Of a stretch of DNA of 64,000 nucleotides, positions 1 to 10,038 are shown in pieces (positions within the stretch are counted from its first letter, which is position 1; each line of letters starts with the position of its first letter). The position numbers were made by a program, and so were the translations under genes. The stretch spans positions 51,548-115,547 of the forward strand of contig CAUZFB010000001.1 in the NCBI GenBank assembly GCA_963579135.1, in the 5' to 3' direction. Origin of the DNA: Dehalococcoidia bacterium. Its GTDB lineage: Bacteria > Chloroflexota > Dehalococcoidia > Lucifugimonadales > Australimonadaceae. The notes under the pieces are model-generated. The model ran no database searches. It had not been told where the DNA came from and worked only from the letters and a program-made list of their open reading frames with translations.

Positions 1-125
1 CTAATGCGTTCGGTGAAGTACAGCAGAGGGTAAATGGTAGTGACGACGGTGAAGCGACCATCCTGGGCGGCGTTGTCGCCGTCACCACCACACCCGCTGA
101 CGACGATTGCAAGCAACGCTACCAT
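1..125 (-). CDS. metal ABC transporter substrate-binding lipoprotein (ZnuA/TroA-like), N-terminal part only, runs off the left edge
   Basis: Reverse translation from ATG at 125 gives MVALLAIVVSGCGGDG...FTVVTTIYPLLYFTERI. It has a lipobox (VSGC) and the VVTTxYPL motif typical of metal-binding SBPs, and lies directly downstream of a Fur-family gene. Confidence 0.6.
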   Translation of the reverse strand, partial: MVALLAIVVSGCGGDGDNAAQDGRFTVVTTIYPLLYFTERI

Positions 126-178
126 GGCGCCTTTTTCAAGAAAGCATCTCAATAATTTACTGCGTACCTGTGGTGGTT

Positions 179-613
179 CTAATGCTGGGTGGAGGATCCT
201 TGAAGGCACTCATCACAGGTGATGAATATCTCCAGCCGATGGCCGACCACGGTACCGGACACATCGTTCTGCATGGCGCGGAGCATGCGCTCCACGGCGG
301 CGTGGCGAAACTCGCCGACCTTACCGCAGGTGGTGCAAACGACGTGGTGGTGATGCACGGGATCGTCACGCTTATAGCGTGGCGATCCGTCCGGCATCTG
401 CGTTTTGCATAGCGCCCCCGCGTCCACGAGGATCTTGAGCGTTCGGTAAATCGTGGCCCTGCCCACGCCTGGCAGGTCGGCCGTGATCTGTTCCGCGCTG
501 AAAGCGTCCTCTTTCGACTCCAGGTGCCGGGCGAGCAACATGCGCTGCCCTGTCATCCGTTGGCCCTGATCCTCCAGCGCTGCGAGAAGATCGGATCCTG
601 CATGGGTGGTCAT
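179..613 (-). CDS. Fur family transcriptional regulator (Zur-like by context)
   Basis: 144 aa ORF with a winged-helix segment (GRATIYRTLKILVDAG) and HHHHVVCTTCG...CDEC metal sites. GGAGGA Shine-Dalgarno before the ATG at 613. Confidence 0.85.
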   Translation of the reverse strand: MTTHAGSDLLAALEDQGQRMTGQRMLLARHLESKEDAFSAEQITADLPGVGRATIYRTLKILVDAGALCKTQMPDGSPRYKRDDPVHHHHVVCTTCGKVGEFRHAAVERMLRAMQNDVSGTVVGHRLEIFITCDECLQGSSTQH

Positions 614-747
614 TCGGTTGTCCTCCGCCCCCGGGCAGTTAAGCGGACATGCGGGGTCAAGTCAAGACTATGTCTCAATAAGGTTCACGGAGTCTCGTTT
701 GCGAGTCGCGGCTTCCGGGCGCTGCCGCACGGTGTACCCTCCACGAC

Positions 748-1822
748 ATGTCCGGCGAGGAACGGCAGGAATCAGCGGACGAGTGTGCAGCGGAATACGG
801 GACGCCCGAGCGTGGGGTGTTCTACGGCTGGGCGATCGTTGCCGTACTCGTTGTATTCACGGCGCGGGGAGTGGGGCTGGCGGGGGCGAATATCGCGGTG
901 TTCATCGAGCCGATGACGCGTGAGCAGGGGTGGAGTCGTGTGGCGTTCGGGTGGGCACAGATGGCACGGCTGGAGACGGTGATCATCGCGGGGCCCGTGT
1001 TTGGGCGGGTGATCGATAGGTACGGTCCCCAGGTGCCAGTGGCGATTGCGGGAGTGGTGATCTTCTATCCGCTGTCGCAGTTCGCGATCGACTCGATAGG
1101 TTGGCGTGACGCGTGCCTGGTACTCGGAATCGCGGGAGCAGTGGTGATCGGACCACTGTCGCTACTCGTGCTCCAGCGACAATCGGTAGACATAGGGATG
1201 CTACCGGATGGCGATGCTGTGGCGGCAGCGGAGGACGCAGGGGCTAGGATACCAGTGGCGGTGGAGGTTTCGTGGACATAGGGCGAGGCGGGGACCAGCC
1301 CAACGTTCTGGGTGCTGGTGCTTGGGTTTATGTTGTTCACCTATAGGTGGCCGACGATCACGATATTCCACGTACCGTACTTCATTGAGCGAGGGCTGGA
1401 TCCGACGTTGATGGCATTCGCTGTTGCGACGGACGCTGTGGTGGCGATCGTGGTGAGCGCGCTACTGGGCAGGCTGAGCGATCGAGTAGCATCTCGATAC
1501 ATATTGGTATTGGCTGCGACGGGATTGCTGATGAGTGCGGGCTCATTGCTGGTGGTCGATGGCGTTCTGTTTCTATTTATCGCGATGGGGTCAGGTTCCA
1601 GACGCGGCATGTGGCGCAGAGTGTGATGTGGGCCCATTACTACGGGCGTGGGCCTCTAGGGAAGAACAGGGGGCTGACACTTCCGCTAAGGTTCGCTCTA
1701 GGAGCGGCGGCTTTCCCCTGACGGGAATGATCCACGACGTGACGGGTACGTACACGCCAGCGTGGGTCGTTGCGGGTGTGGCGTTGGTCAGCATTCCTCC
1801 GCCAACGAAGCACCACGGCTAG
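748..1822 (+). pseudogene. degraded MFS transporter (oxalate/formate antiporter-like)
   Basis: ORFs 748..1281 and 1312..1626 share one frame and are separated only by an in-frame TAG at 1279-1281 (..VEVSWT*GEAGTSPTFWVLVLGF..). The C-terminal MFS-like text (YYGRGPLG..., FPLTGMIHDVTGTYTPAWVVAGVAL) is spread over two other frames between about 1600 and 1822. The N-terminal half looks too short for six TM helices. Confidence 0.65.
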
Positions 1823-1957
1823 GATGTCCCACCACATCGGTACCGAATCGTAACTGTCCTGCAACCGGGTTCAGTCTTGTTCTCTTTATATATAGTTTAA
1901 GTACAAATAGAAACCCTGATATGCTTTCTCGAAAGCTACAAAGAACGGAGGAACCCT

Positions 1958-2404
1958 ATGGCAGGAGCCGACACTCAACTGCACCGATCAATGACTGTTT
2001 TGGAAATGGGACACCGGGTTCGCCAAGAGCTGAACGCCAAGGCCACGAGTGCTGCAGGCCTGACCCTGAACCAGGCACTCGTACTCTCAGAGGTCATTGT
2101 TGCCAACGGGCGCTCAACGGTTTCTGAGCTCGCAACGACGCTAGGACGCGCCGTCCACACGCTGACTTCAGCGGTGAATGGGCTCGAACGCAAGAAGATG
2201 GTGGTCCGCCAGAGGATCAAGGGCGAGGACCGCAGAATCATCCGTATCGCGTCGACTCAGAAGGGCACCGAGGCGCTTGCAGCGTTTCGTGAGTCCATCG
2301 AGAGCGTGATCGACGTGGTCCGCTCCGGGCCGTTTGACGCTGCGCCTACCAAGGACGTGCAGCACGCGACAACGGCGATGATTCGCCTGCTGACTGACCC
2401 ATAA
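1958..2404 (+). CDS. MarR family transcriptional regulator
   Basis: 148 aa with a typical MarR winged-HTH core (LTLNQALVLSEVIVANGRSTVSELATTLGRAVHTLTSAVNGLERKKMVVRQ). GGAGGA before the ATG, and an AT-rich island at 1885-1913 upstream. Confidence 0.85.
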   Translation: MAGADTQLHRSMTVLEMGHRVRQELNAKATSAAGLTLNQALVLSEVIVANGRSTVSELATTLGRAVHTLTSAVNGLERKKMVVRQRIKGEDRRIIRIASTQKGTEALAAFRESIESVIDVVRSGPFDAAPTKDVQHATTAMIRLLTDP

Positions 2405-2930
2405 ATACCCGATAGCAACATCGAGAGTAAGAAGAACGGGCCACGCTTGAAGCATGGCCCGTTCGTTTGATTGCGGTATCGGCGGCTAAGGAGCGTCCTT
2501 CCTCCCACTGCTTGGTCAGGGTGGTGCATGACGCTGAGACTGATGCCGAGCTGGCGGAGGAGGGCGATGACGGCTCGGGTGGTGTACGTCAGGCGCGAGG
2601 CGACGGTAGGGAATCCGGGAGTCCTTGACAAGCCAATTCCTCCTGTGCGTTGAGAGAACTCCTTCATGTCCAGCGTGACCTGGAGGCCAGGGAGAATCAT
2701 TTCGTACGCGGTCCAGCAGGTCACCCCGTCCTGATCACAATCAATCTCACCGATGCTTTCTAGGGCAAGGGGGGGGGGGGGCACCCTGCGATACGTTCAG
2801 CACGAATCTCGCCATCCATAGCGTCTGCGCCACTAGTGACGTCCCGCTGCTGAAGTGAGCCAACCGTCGTATCTTTGGCGTCCATTTTCGACCGGACGCG
2901 GTACCTCCGGGTGATGAACATCACAGCCAC
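2405..2930 (-). pseudogene. unassigned reading frame broken at a 13-nt homopolymer (function unknown; HTH-like segment)
   Basis: A minus-strand frame (2930->2760) ends ..RIAGCPPPPLP*. The listed ORF 2257..2784 starts inside the same C13 run (PPPPLALESIG...) in the adjacent frame and contains an HTH-like stretch (VASRLTYTTRAVIALLRQLGIS). Its 3' end overlaps marR antisense and is probably not real. Confidence 0.25.
2769..2781. repeat. G13 homopolymer tract
   Basis: Counted directly: 13 consecutive G on the plus strand. Confidence 0.95.
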
Positions 2931-3057
2931 GACGAGGACAGCTATGAGGAGGCGGCTTCCATGAAATGAGCAGTATTGCTCTATAGCGTAATATCGTCGA
3001 CTTTAATAACGCCCACGAGGCAGCGCGGCGGTAGGTGCATGGGGAAGAGTGGGCAAA

Positions 3058-3134
3058 TGGTGGGCCACCCAAGAATCGAACTTGGGACCTCAGTCTTATC
3101 AGGACTGCGCTCTAACCGACTGAGCTAGTGGCCC
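3058..3134 (-). tRNA. tRNA-Ile (anticodon GAU), CCA encoded
   Basis: The reverse complement reads GGGCCAC TA GCTC AGTCGGTTA GAGC G CAGTC CTGATAA GACTG AGGTC CCAAG TTCGATT CTTGG GTGGCCC A CCA, a full cloverleaf with anticodon loop CU-GAU-AA. Confidence 0.95.
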
Positions 3135-3214
3135 ACGCAGGAACAGATTATACATCCCGTGCGGGGGGGGAAGTCAGAGGCCCAGCCTAATTGGCTGGGC
3201 CTCGCGTGCTTTAG

Positions 3215-3243
3215 CGAGTGAATAGTGGAAGGAAAGAGACGCC
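3215..3243 (-). other. 3' half of the 16S processing stem (pairs with 4940-4967)
   Basis: CGAGTGAATAGTGGAAGGAAAGAGACGCC here is near-perfectly complementary to GGCGCCTTTTCCTTCCACTATTCACTTG at 4940-4967. In the transcript the two form a roughly 28-bp helix bracketing the 16S. Confidence 0.7.
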
Positions 3244-3386
3244 GATAGGAAGTCGCTCGCGGTCCTTCCGAAGAAGGGCTAAAGAGTGAGGTTCTTGTCG
3301 GACGAGGGAGCAGAACTCTACCAATCGTCCAACGCCAACCGAACTCCACGAACGAACCGACCTAGGATTCCCCGAAGGGAACTCCC

Positions 3387-4890
<1,504 letters not shown>

Positions 4891-4939
4891 AAAAATAAAA
4901 AGAATCTCGAAAGATTCATAACGTTCAAAATTGAACGAA

Positions 4940-4967
4940 GGCGCCTTTTCCTTCCACTATTCACTTG
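4940..4967 (-). other. 5' half of the 16S processing stem (pairs with 3215-3243)
   Basis: See feature 3215-3243; the complementarity was read directly. Confidence 0.7.
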
Positions 4968-5039
4968 TTAAAGTACGGGTTGTGAGTGCTCTGCTGTAAC
5001 GCAGGCACTGCGCCCCACTGCGGGGCGGGTAACTCCAAT

Positions 5040-5068
5040 ACTTTACAGGACGACAGGAATCGCGTCAA
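5040..5068 (-). promoter_or_regulatory. putative sigma-70-type promoter of the 16S unit
   Basis: The minus strand reads TTGACG-(17 nt)-TAAAGT about 150 nt upstream of the mature 16S 5' end. The -10 context GTAAAGTATT is also found before recA. Confidence 0.6.
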
Positions 5069-5107
5069 TGGTCAAACTGGCAGGACGTGAGGGCCATGAG
5101 AAGCCGC

Positions 5108-5731
5108 CTACGTGGCGAGCAAGCCTTGGACGCGTTCCCAGATGGTTTCGTGCACGACATCGGCCTTTTCCGCGGCATCCACGGTCATCCAGCGTTCAGG
5201 ATTGCGTTTCGCGAGGCGGCGAAAGCCAGCTTTGACCCGGCGGTGAAAGGTCAAGGCTTCATCTTCGAATCGGCGGCCTCCGTCTTCCTCACGGCCTAGC
5301 GTGCGGTCAAGGGTCACGTTCAACGGCGCGTCCAACAGAAAGGTGACGTCGGGGATGAGCCCAGCGGAAGCCACATCGTTGGCGGCGCGGACGTGGGCCA
5401 CGGGTAATCCACGCCCGTAGCCTTGGTAGACGGTCGTCGAATCGGCATAGCGATCGAGCACGACATGGGTGCCAGAGGCGAGGGTCGGCTTGATCACGGT
5501 GCGCACCAGTTCTGCGCGCGCGGCGGCGAACAACAGCAGCTCTGCCTCAAAAGTGAGTGGCTGGTCTTCGGCCTTGAGCCAGGTACGGAGATAGTCACCG
5601 AGGGGGGTGCCTCCCGGCTCTCGTAGTGCCAACACTGTTCGACCAGTCTGCCCCAAGCGATCCACCAAGAGTCGCACTTGGGTGGTCTTGCCGGTGCCCT
5701 CCCCGCCTTCAAAGGTTATGAACAGTGCCAA
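5108..5731 (-). CDS. tmk: thymidylate kinase
   Basis: MALFITFEGGEGTGKTTQ P-loop, LDRYADST motif, 207 aa. Confidence 0.9.
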   Translation of the reverse strand: MALFITFEGGEGTGKTTQVRLLVDRLGQTGRTVLALREPGGTPLGDYLRTWLKAEDQPLTFEAELLLFAAARAELVRTVIKPTLASGTHVVLDRYADSTTVYQGYGRGLPVAHVRAANDVASAGLIPDVTFLLDAPLNVTLDRTLGREEDGGRRFEDEALTFHRRVKAGFRRLAKRNPERWMTVDAAEKADVVHETIWERVQGLLAT

Positions 5732-5739
5732 CGAGTGCC

Positions 5740-7194
5740 TCAGCTTCGACCGATGCGGCGGATGGTGACACGCCGGGCGGGCTCGCGTCCGACGCTGTAG
5801 GAGCGCAATTTGGATTGCTCCGCTATCTGGTGCTGGACGCGACGGACGAAGGAGCTCTGCGGTTGGAGTTCGACGCGATCGGAGTCACCGGTGAGGATGC
5901 GCTCAACACCGTCCTCAGCCTCGTTCGTGCCTGCTTCGATCGAGGCGCCTGAGCGGTCGCCCTCCCCTTCAGCAATTTGGTACAGGAAGCCGACGATCTG
6001 GCCAGGGGTGTTTTTGCGCAGGACGAAGATGGGCACGCCTTTCTCCTCGGCGGCCTGGAGCACGCCGGGGCGGCGTCTGAAGTGCGCTTTGGTGGTGAGC
6101 ACCATGTCGGCTTCGGCGACGCTGTCGGCGACTGCGACGTTGATCCCAGCATCCGCGGCAGCCTGGTGTAGCCGTTCACGACTGACGCCGAACGGGTGCA
6201 CGCGCTTCGCGGGAGGAGCCGCAGTGGCAATCTCCAGCGGCTCATCGAGGAGCAGATCGTCGTCGCGCTCAAAGGGAACAGGGCGCTCGGAAGGCATGGT
6301 TCGCTCGGAGCGAATCTTGCGCGTGGGGACTTCGTTGAACGGGGCGACTTCAAACTCGGGGGCACCTGCTGGGCGCTGGCGGCTCTTGCGCACGACGCCT
6401 GACGGGTCCAGCTCACGGATCTCGGGGCTGACCGGTCGTCCACGGAGGACTGCGTCAACGGTGCGCGCGACCTCCTCATGGACGGCGACGCGGTCCCAAC
6501 TCTGGATCTCAGCCAAGACATTAAAAGTGGGCGGAGCTTTACGCTCCAGGATGGTTTTCTGAGTGCGCCGGCGCCGGGCTTCTTCGTCCCCGAGCGTGAC
6601 TGTCTGAACCCCGCCGACGAGGTCAGAGAGGGTGGGGTTCATGAGAAGGTTTTCGAGAGTGTTGCCGTGGGCCGTTGCGATGAGCTGGACGCCTCGTTCG
6701 GCAATGGTCCGGGCGGCGGCGGCTTCAAGTTCCGTTCCCATCTCGTCAACGACGATGACTTGGGGCATGTGGTTCTCCACCGCTTCGATCATGACAGAGT
6801 GTTGGAGGCTAGGAGTCCGCACCTGCATGCGCCGAGCTTTGCCAATGGCCGGATGAGGGATGTCGCCGTCTCCGGCGATCTCGTTGGAGGTGTCGACGAT
6901 GACGACGCGCTTGCCGCTTTCGGCAAGCACACGCGCTAACTCACGCAGGACGGTGGTCTTGCCAACGCCAGGCCTGCCGACGAGCAGGACGCTCTTACCC
7001 GAAAGGGCGAGGTCTTCGACGACTCGGGCGCTGCCTTGGACGGCTCGTCCCACACGGCAGGTAAGGCCGATGACTGCGCCGCCTCGATTCCTGATGGCGG
7101 AGATACGGTGGAGCGTTCTCTCGATACCCGAGCGATTGTCATCACCGAAGGGGCTGATGCGCTCGATGATGTACTGGAGGTCGCCGGCAACCAC
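5740..7194 (-). CDS. R3H-domain AAA ATPase (ycf45 / SpoIIIAA-like); the true N-terminus probably lies upstream, up to about 7377
   Basis: GRPGVGKTT Walker A, VIVVDE Walker B, and a C-terminal R3H-like LQPQSSFVRRVQHQIAEQSKLRSYSVGREPARRV. The protein-like frame continues upstream of the listed GTG start. Confidence 0.8.
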   Translation of the reverse strand: MVAGDLQYIIERISPFGDDNRSGIERTLHRISAIRNRGGAVIGLTCRVGRAVQGSARVVEDLALSGKSVLLVGRPGVGKTTVLRELARVLAESGKRVVIVDTSNEIAGDGDIPHPAIGKARRMQVRTPSLQHSVMIEAVENHMPQVIVVDEMGTELEAAAARTIAERGVQLIATAHGNTLENLLMNPTLSDLVGGVQTVTLGDEEARRRRTQKTILERKAPPTFNVLAEIQSWDRVAVHEEVARTVDAVLRGRPVSPEIRELDPSGVVRKSRQRPAGAPEFEVAPFNEVPTRKIRSERTMPSERPVPFERDDDLLLDEPLEIATAAPPAKRVHPFGVSRERLHQAAADAGINVAVADSVAEADMVLTTKAHFRRRPGVLQAAEEKGVPIFVLRKNTPGQIVGFLYQIAEGEGDRSGASIEAGTNEAEDGVERILTGDSDRVELQPQSSFVRRVQHQIAEQSKLRSYSVGREPARRVTIRRIGRS

Positions 7195-7395
7195 TTCCTG
7201 GTCACCCAGGTAGACGTCGCCGTCAAAGAATCGTGCTTGGGGGAGTCTGCCTAGATCGAGGACAATCTCAAGCAGCCCTTCTGCGGGGCCGTCTGGGCCG
7301 AGGGCCTCGGTGATGCTCGGGGGTAGAACACTCAGGAGCGCTTGCAGCTCGCCGTTATCTGTCAGCCAGTCTTTGATCTCCCACCTCCATAATCC

Positions 7396-8316
7396 TTATG
7401 CCCGTGCTGGTGCCAATCTTGGTTCTCTGACAGGTGTCGCAACGACCCGTGCCATTACCGCATAGCTGCTCGAATGTTGCCATCCTCGTTCAATCAATAC
7501 TCGCCTGAGAGCGGGTTGATAATCGGGGACGATCCAGGATGGGTGCCGGTGCCCCCAGGCTAGCTGTGCGACGTAGGAGGCGAAGAGCGAGACGCGCTCA
7601 GATTCATCGGGATGGAGGATAGCGTCGACGACCACCGATGCGCGGTACTGGTCGAGCCTGAACCAACCACGGATCTGTTCTTGGTGAATCCAGACATATT
7701 CACGCACGCGCCCAAGGCCCTGCTCGTGAGCATCGTGCCACTGACCGAGGGTCAGGCCAATCATGGCGCGGGCGGCTGTAGGGAGAGTGGAGTTGTACAG
7801 CCGGAAGATGTCGTAGTCGTCGGCCGGAAGCGGTGGCCGGACGTTCAGGGACGGCCCGTGGAGATCACTGGCCATAGGCCGTGCGAGCGTGAACACGTCT
7901 TCTGCGTAGGCCCTACGGAAGCCGGAGCGTTCCGCGAGCTGCTGCGCTGCGCCGCCGAGGGGGACGCGTAGGAATAGGCGCTCGCCACGCTGGGAAGCGA
8001 CGAAGCCTACGGAGCGTTCGAGGAGGTCGGTGAGCGCGGTACTGGCGCCAACGACGGCGAATAGGTGGGCAATCTCCCAGGCTTTCGGGCCACAGCGTGG
8101 CCGGAGTACGGCGAGCGCATCGAGGCGTATGTTGCGTTCGGATGCGAGATGGTGCTCCTGCGTACGGAGGGCAAGGCTCCAGCGAGCGAGCTGGAGCGGC
8201 GAAAGCCGATGGGGACTACCCGACATCTCGTCACGCGTGGTGACGAGATCCTGGGCCGCGAGGCGTCCGGGAAGGAGTTGCAGCGGCACGTCGGTCAACC
8301 GCAACTCACGGATCAT
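7396..8316 (-). CDS. hypothetical protein, possibly a two-domain GNAT-like acetyltransferase fold
   Basis: 306 aa ORF. Two segments resemble GNAT C-terminal motifs (..AQQLAERSGFRRAY.., ..LRRVLIERGWQHSS..). No stronger assignment is possible by eye. Confidence 0.4.
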   Translation of the reverse strand: MIRELRLTDVPLQLLPGRLAAQDLVTTRDEMSGSPHRLSPLQLARWSLALRTQEHHLASERNIRLDALAVLRPRCGPKAWEIAHLFAVVGASTALTDLLERSVGFVASQRGERLFLRVPLGGAAQQLAERSGFRRAYAEDVFTLARPMASDLHGPSLNVRPPLPADDYDIFRLYNSTLPTAARAMIGLTLGQWHDAHEQGLGRVREYVWIHQEQIRGWFRLDQYRASVVVDAILHPDESERVSLFASYVAQLAWGHRHPSWIVPDYQPALRRVLIERGWQHSSSYAVMARVVATPVREPRLAPARA

Positions 8317-8903
8317 CGCGCGGCCACCTCGGGTGCCATGGTCAGGAAGAATCCATGGAGGCGGTCGTCAATGGTGAGTTCGGGATGGAAGGCTGTCACC
8401 AGCAGGTTGCGCTCTCTGGCGGCGACAATGATACCGTCGTCCAGGCTGGCAAGCACTTCTACGGAAGATCCCACCTCTAGAATCTTGGGTGCGCGGATGA
8501 ACAGAGCGTGGTACAGTCCGCCGTCGACGCCCACGACGTCAATCTCGGTCTCGAACGAATCTACCTGGCGGCCGAAGCCATTACGTTGGACGACGATATC
8601 CATAATCCCGAGAGGTTCGGGGCGATGCTCCAGCAGGCGAGCAGCGAGCAGAATGAGGCCGGCGCAGGTGCCCCAGACGGGCTTGCCCGAACGAGCGAAT
8701 GCTCTGAGGGGCTCGCGCAGGCCGTAGATATCCATGAGCTTCGCCATGGACGTGCTCTCCCCGCCGGGCATGATAAGGGAGTCAACCGAGGCGAGTTGGG
8801 CTTCGGTGCGAACTTCTCGCGTGTCAGCGCCAAGGCGGCGCAGCGATGCGATGTGCTCTTCAAAGTCACCTTGGAGCGCCAGCACTCCGATAAGTGGGCT
8901 CAC
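8313..8903 (-). CDS. pdxT: pyridoxal 5'-phosphate synthase, glutaminase subunit
   Basis: VSPLIGVLALQGDFEEH..., GTCAG active site, FHPE motif. The start was trimmed to the GTG at 8903, directly after the pdxS stop. Confidence 0.9.
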   Translation of the reverse strand: MSPLIGVLALQGDFEEHIASLRRLGADTREVRTEAQLASVDSLIMPGGESTSMAKLMDIYGLREPLRAFARSGKPVWGTCAGLILLAARLLEHRPEPLGIMDIVVQRNGFGRQVDSFETEIDVVGVDGGLYHALFIRAPKILEVGSSVEVLASLDDGIIVAARERNLLVTAFHPELTIDDRLHGFFLTMAPEVAAR

Positions 8904-8904
8904 G

Positions 8905-9819
8905 CTACCAACCTCGTGTGGCGAGTAGCTCCTCGGTGCCAATCGAGCGAGCACTGATTCCGACCATCGCTTCGCCAAGTCCTCGCGAGGCCTCGGCGAC
9001 TGCGGCCGGGTCATCGTAGTGAGTGACGGCCTTGACGATGGCTTTGGCGCGCAGGCTGGCTTCTTCGGTGGTGGCGGACCGGTTGGCGGCTTTGAAGACG
9101 CCGGAACCGACGAATACGCCGTCGGCGCCGAGGTGCATCATAAGCGCGGCGTCTGCGGGTGTTGCGACACCACCGGCGGCGAAGTTGACAACAGGCATGC
9201 GACCGAGGGTTTTGACCTGGCGGAGGAGATCGAGCGAGGCGCCAATGTCCTTCGCGAACGCGGAAAGCTCATCATCGCCCATGCCCTGGACGCGGCGCAT
9301 CTGCTTCATGACGGTGCGCATGTGGCGAACGGCCTCAACAACATCCCCGGTGCCAGCTTCCCCTTTAGTGCGAATCATGGCCGCGCCCTCACCGATGCGG
9401 CGGAGCGCTTCGCCGAGGTCGCGGCAACCACAGACGAAGGGGACTCTAAAGTCGTGCTTCCAGACGTGGTGCTCTTCGTCAGCGGGAGTGAGCACCTCTG
9501 ACTCATCGATATAATCGACACCGATCGCCTCCAAGATGCGGGCCTCGACGAAGTGGCCGATGCGCACCTTTGCCATGACGGGGATGGTGACGGCGTCTTT
9601 AATCTCTTCGATCATGCTAGGGTCGGACATGCGGGCGACACCGCCGTCCGCTCGGATGTCAGCCGGAACACGTTCGAGGGCCATAACGGAGCAGGCACCG
9701 GCATCTTCGGCGATCTTGGCCTGCTCTGCATTGACGACATCCATGATGACGCCACCTTTGAGCATCTGAGCCAAGCCCGTCTTCACCTGATAGGTGCCGG
9801 TTTCCTTGTCCGTCGCCAT
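8905..9819 (-). CDS. pdxS: pyridoxal 5'-phosphate synthase, lyase subunit
   Basis: [44 protein letters not shown] is a canonical PdxS sequence. The start was trimmed to MATDKETG. Confidence 0.95.
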   Translation of the reverse strand: MATDKETGTYQVKTGLAQMLKGGVIMDVVNAEQAKIAEDAGACSVMALERVPADIRADGGVARMSDPSMIEEIKDAVTIPVMAKVRIGHFVEARILEAIGVDYIDESEVLTPADEEHHVWKHDFRVPFVCGCRDLGEALRRIGEGAAMIRTKGEAGTGDVVEAVRHMRTVMKQMRRVQGMGDDELSAFAKDIGASLDLLRQVKTLGRMPVVNFAAGGVATPADAALMMHLGADGVFVGSGVFKAANRSATTEEASLRAKAIVKAVTHYDDPAAVAEASRGLGEAMVGISARSIGTEELLATRGW

Positions 9820-10038
9820 GCATTTCACCTGCGCATTCTGGGTTGCTAACGTCACGATGAGTATAAGCGTGCGCGGAGGCGAAGCCAACGGCGAGAAGCA
9901 AAACTCTCGCCTTGATCGACGCTAGAGACTCGGCGAACGCTAGGAAGGGCCCTGCAGGTGGAGGGAACCAGTCAACCGCACTCGCTTAATATGCTCGTGA
10001 GTTATGGTCAACAGATCCACGTCATCCGGAGGAAGCTC

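Noticed and set aside
1279-1281. In-frame TAG in the MFS gene as a recoded codon (pyrrolysine or readthrough).
   Set aside because: The same gene also carries frameshifts and a deletion, other genes use TAG as a normal stop (for example pdxS, dtd and the DUF1501 gene), and no pyl genes are visible. Pseudogenisation is the simpler reading.
2405-2784. IS5-family transposase C-terminal remnant (FPTVASRLTYTTRAVIALL versus the ..FRRIATRYDKLA.. motif).
   Set aside because: Only three or four residues match. No DDE residues, inverted repeats or target duplication could be identified. The region is kept as an unassigned broken frame rather than called a mobile element.
2833-3072. 79-aa ORF overlapping the tRNA-Ile gene.
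   Set aside because: It overlaps a confidently folded tRNA, and its sequence has no protein-like features.
4922-4937. Perfect palindrome CGTTCAAAATTGAACG that contains GTTC/GAAC halves like a LexA box.
   Set aside because: The half-site order is inverted (GTTC...GAAC, not GAAC-N4-GTTC), and it lies inside the 16S 5' leader. It is more likely a leader hairpin.
5810-6562. Long antisense or alternate-frame ORFs in the six-frame track (for example 5810..6562, 10880..11959, 27211..27945, 29637..30875, 51363..52214, 24661..25356).
   Set aside because: They are shadow ORFs of the high-GC genome lying opposite to or overlapping well-supported genes. Their translations are low-complexity R/A/G/P-rich with no recognisable motifs.
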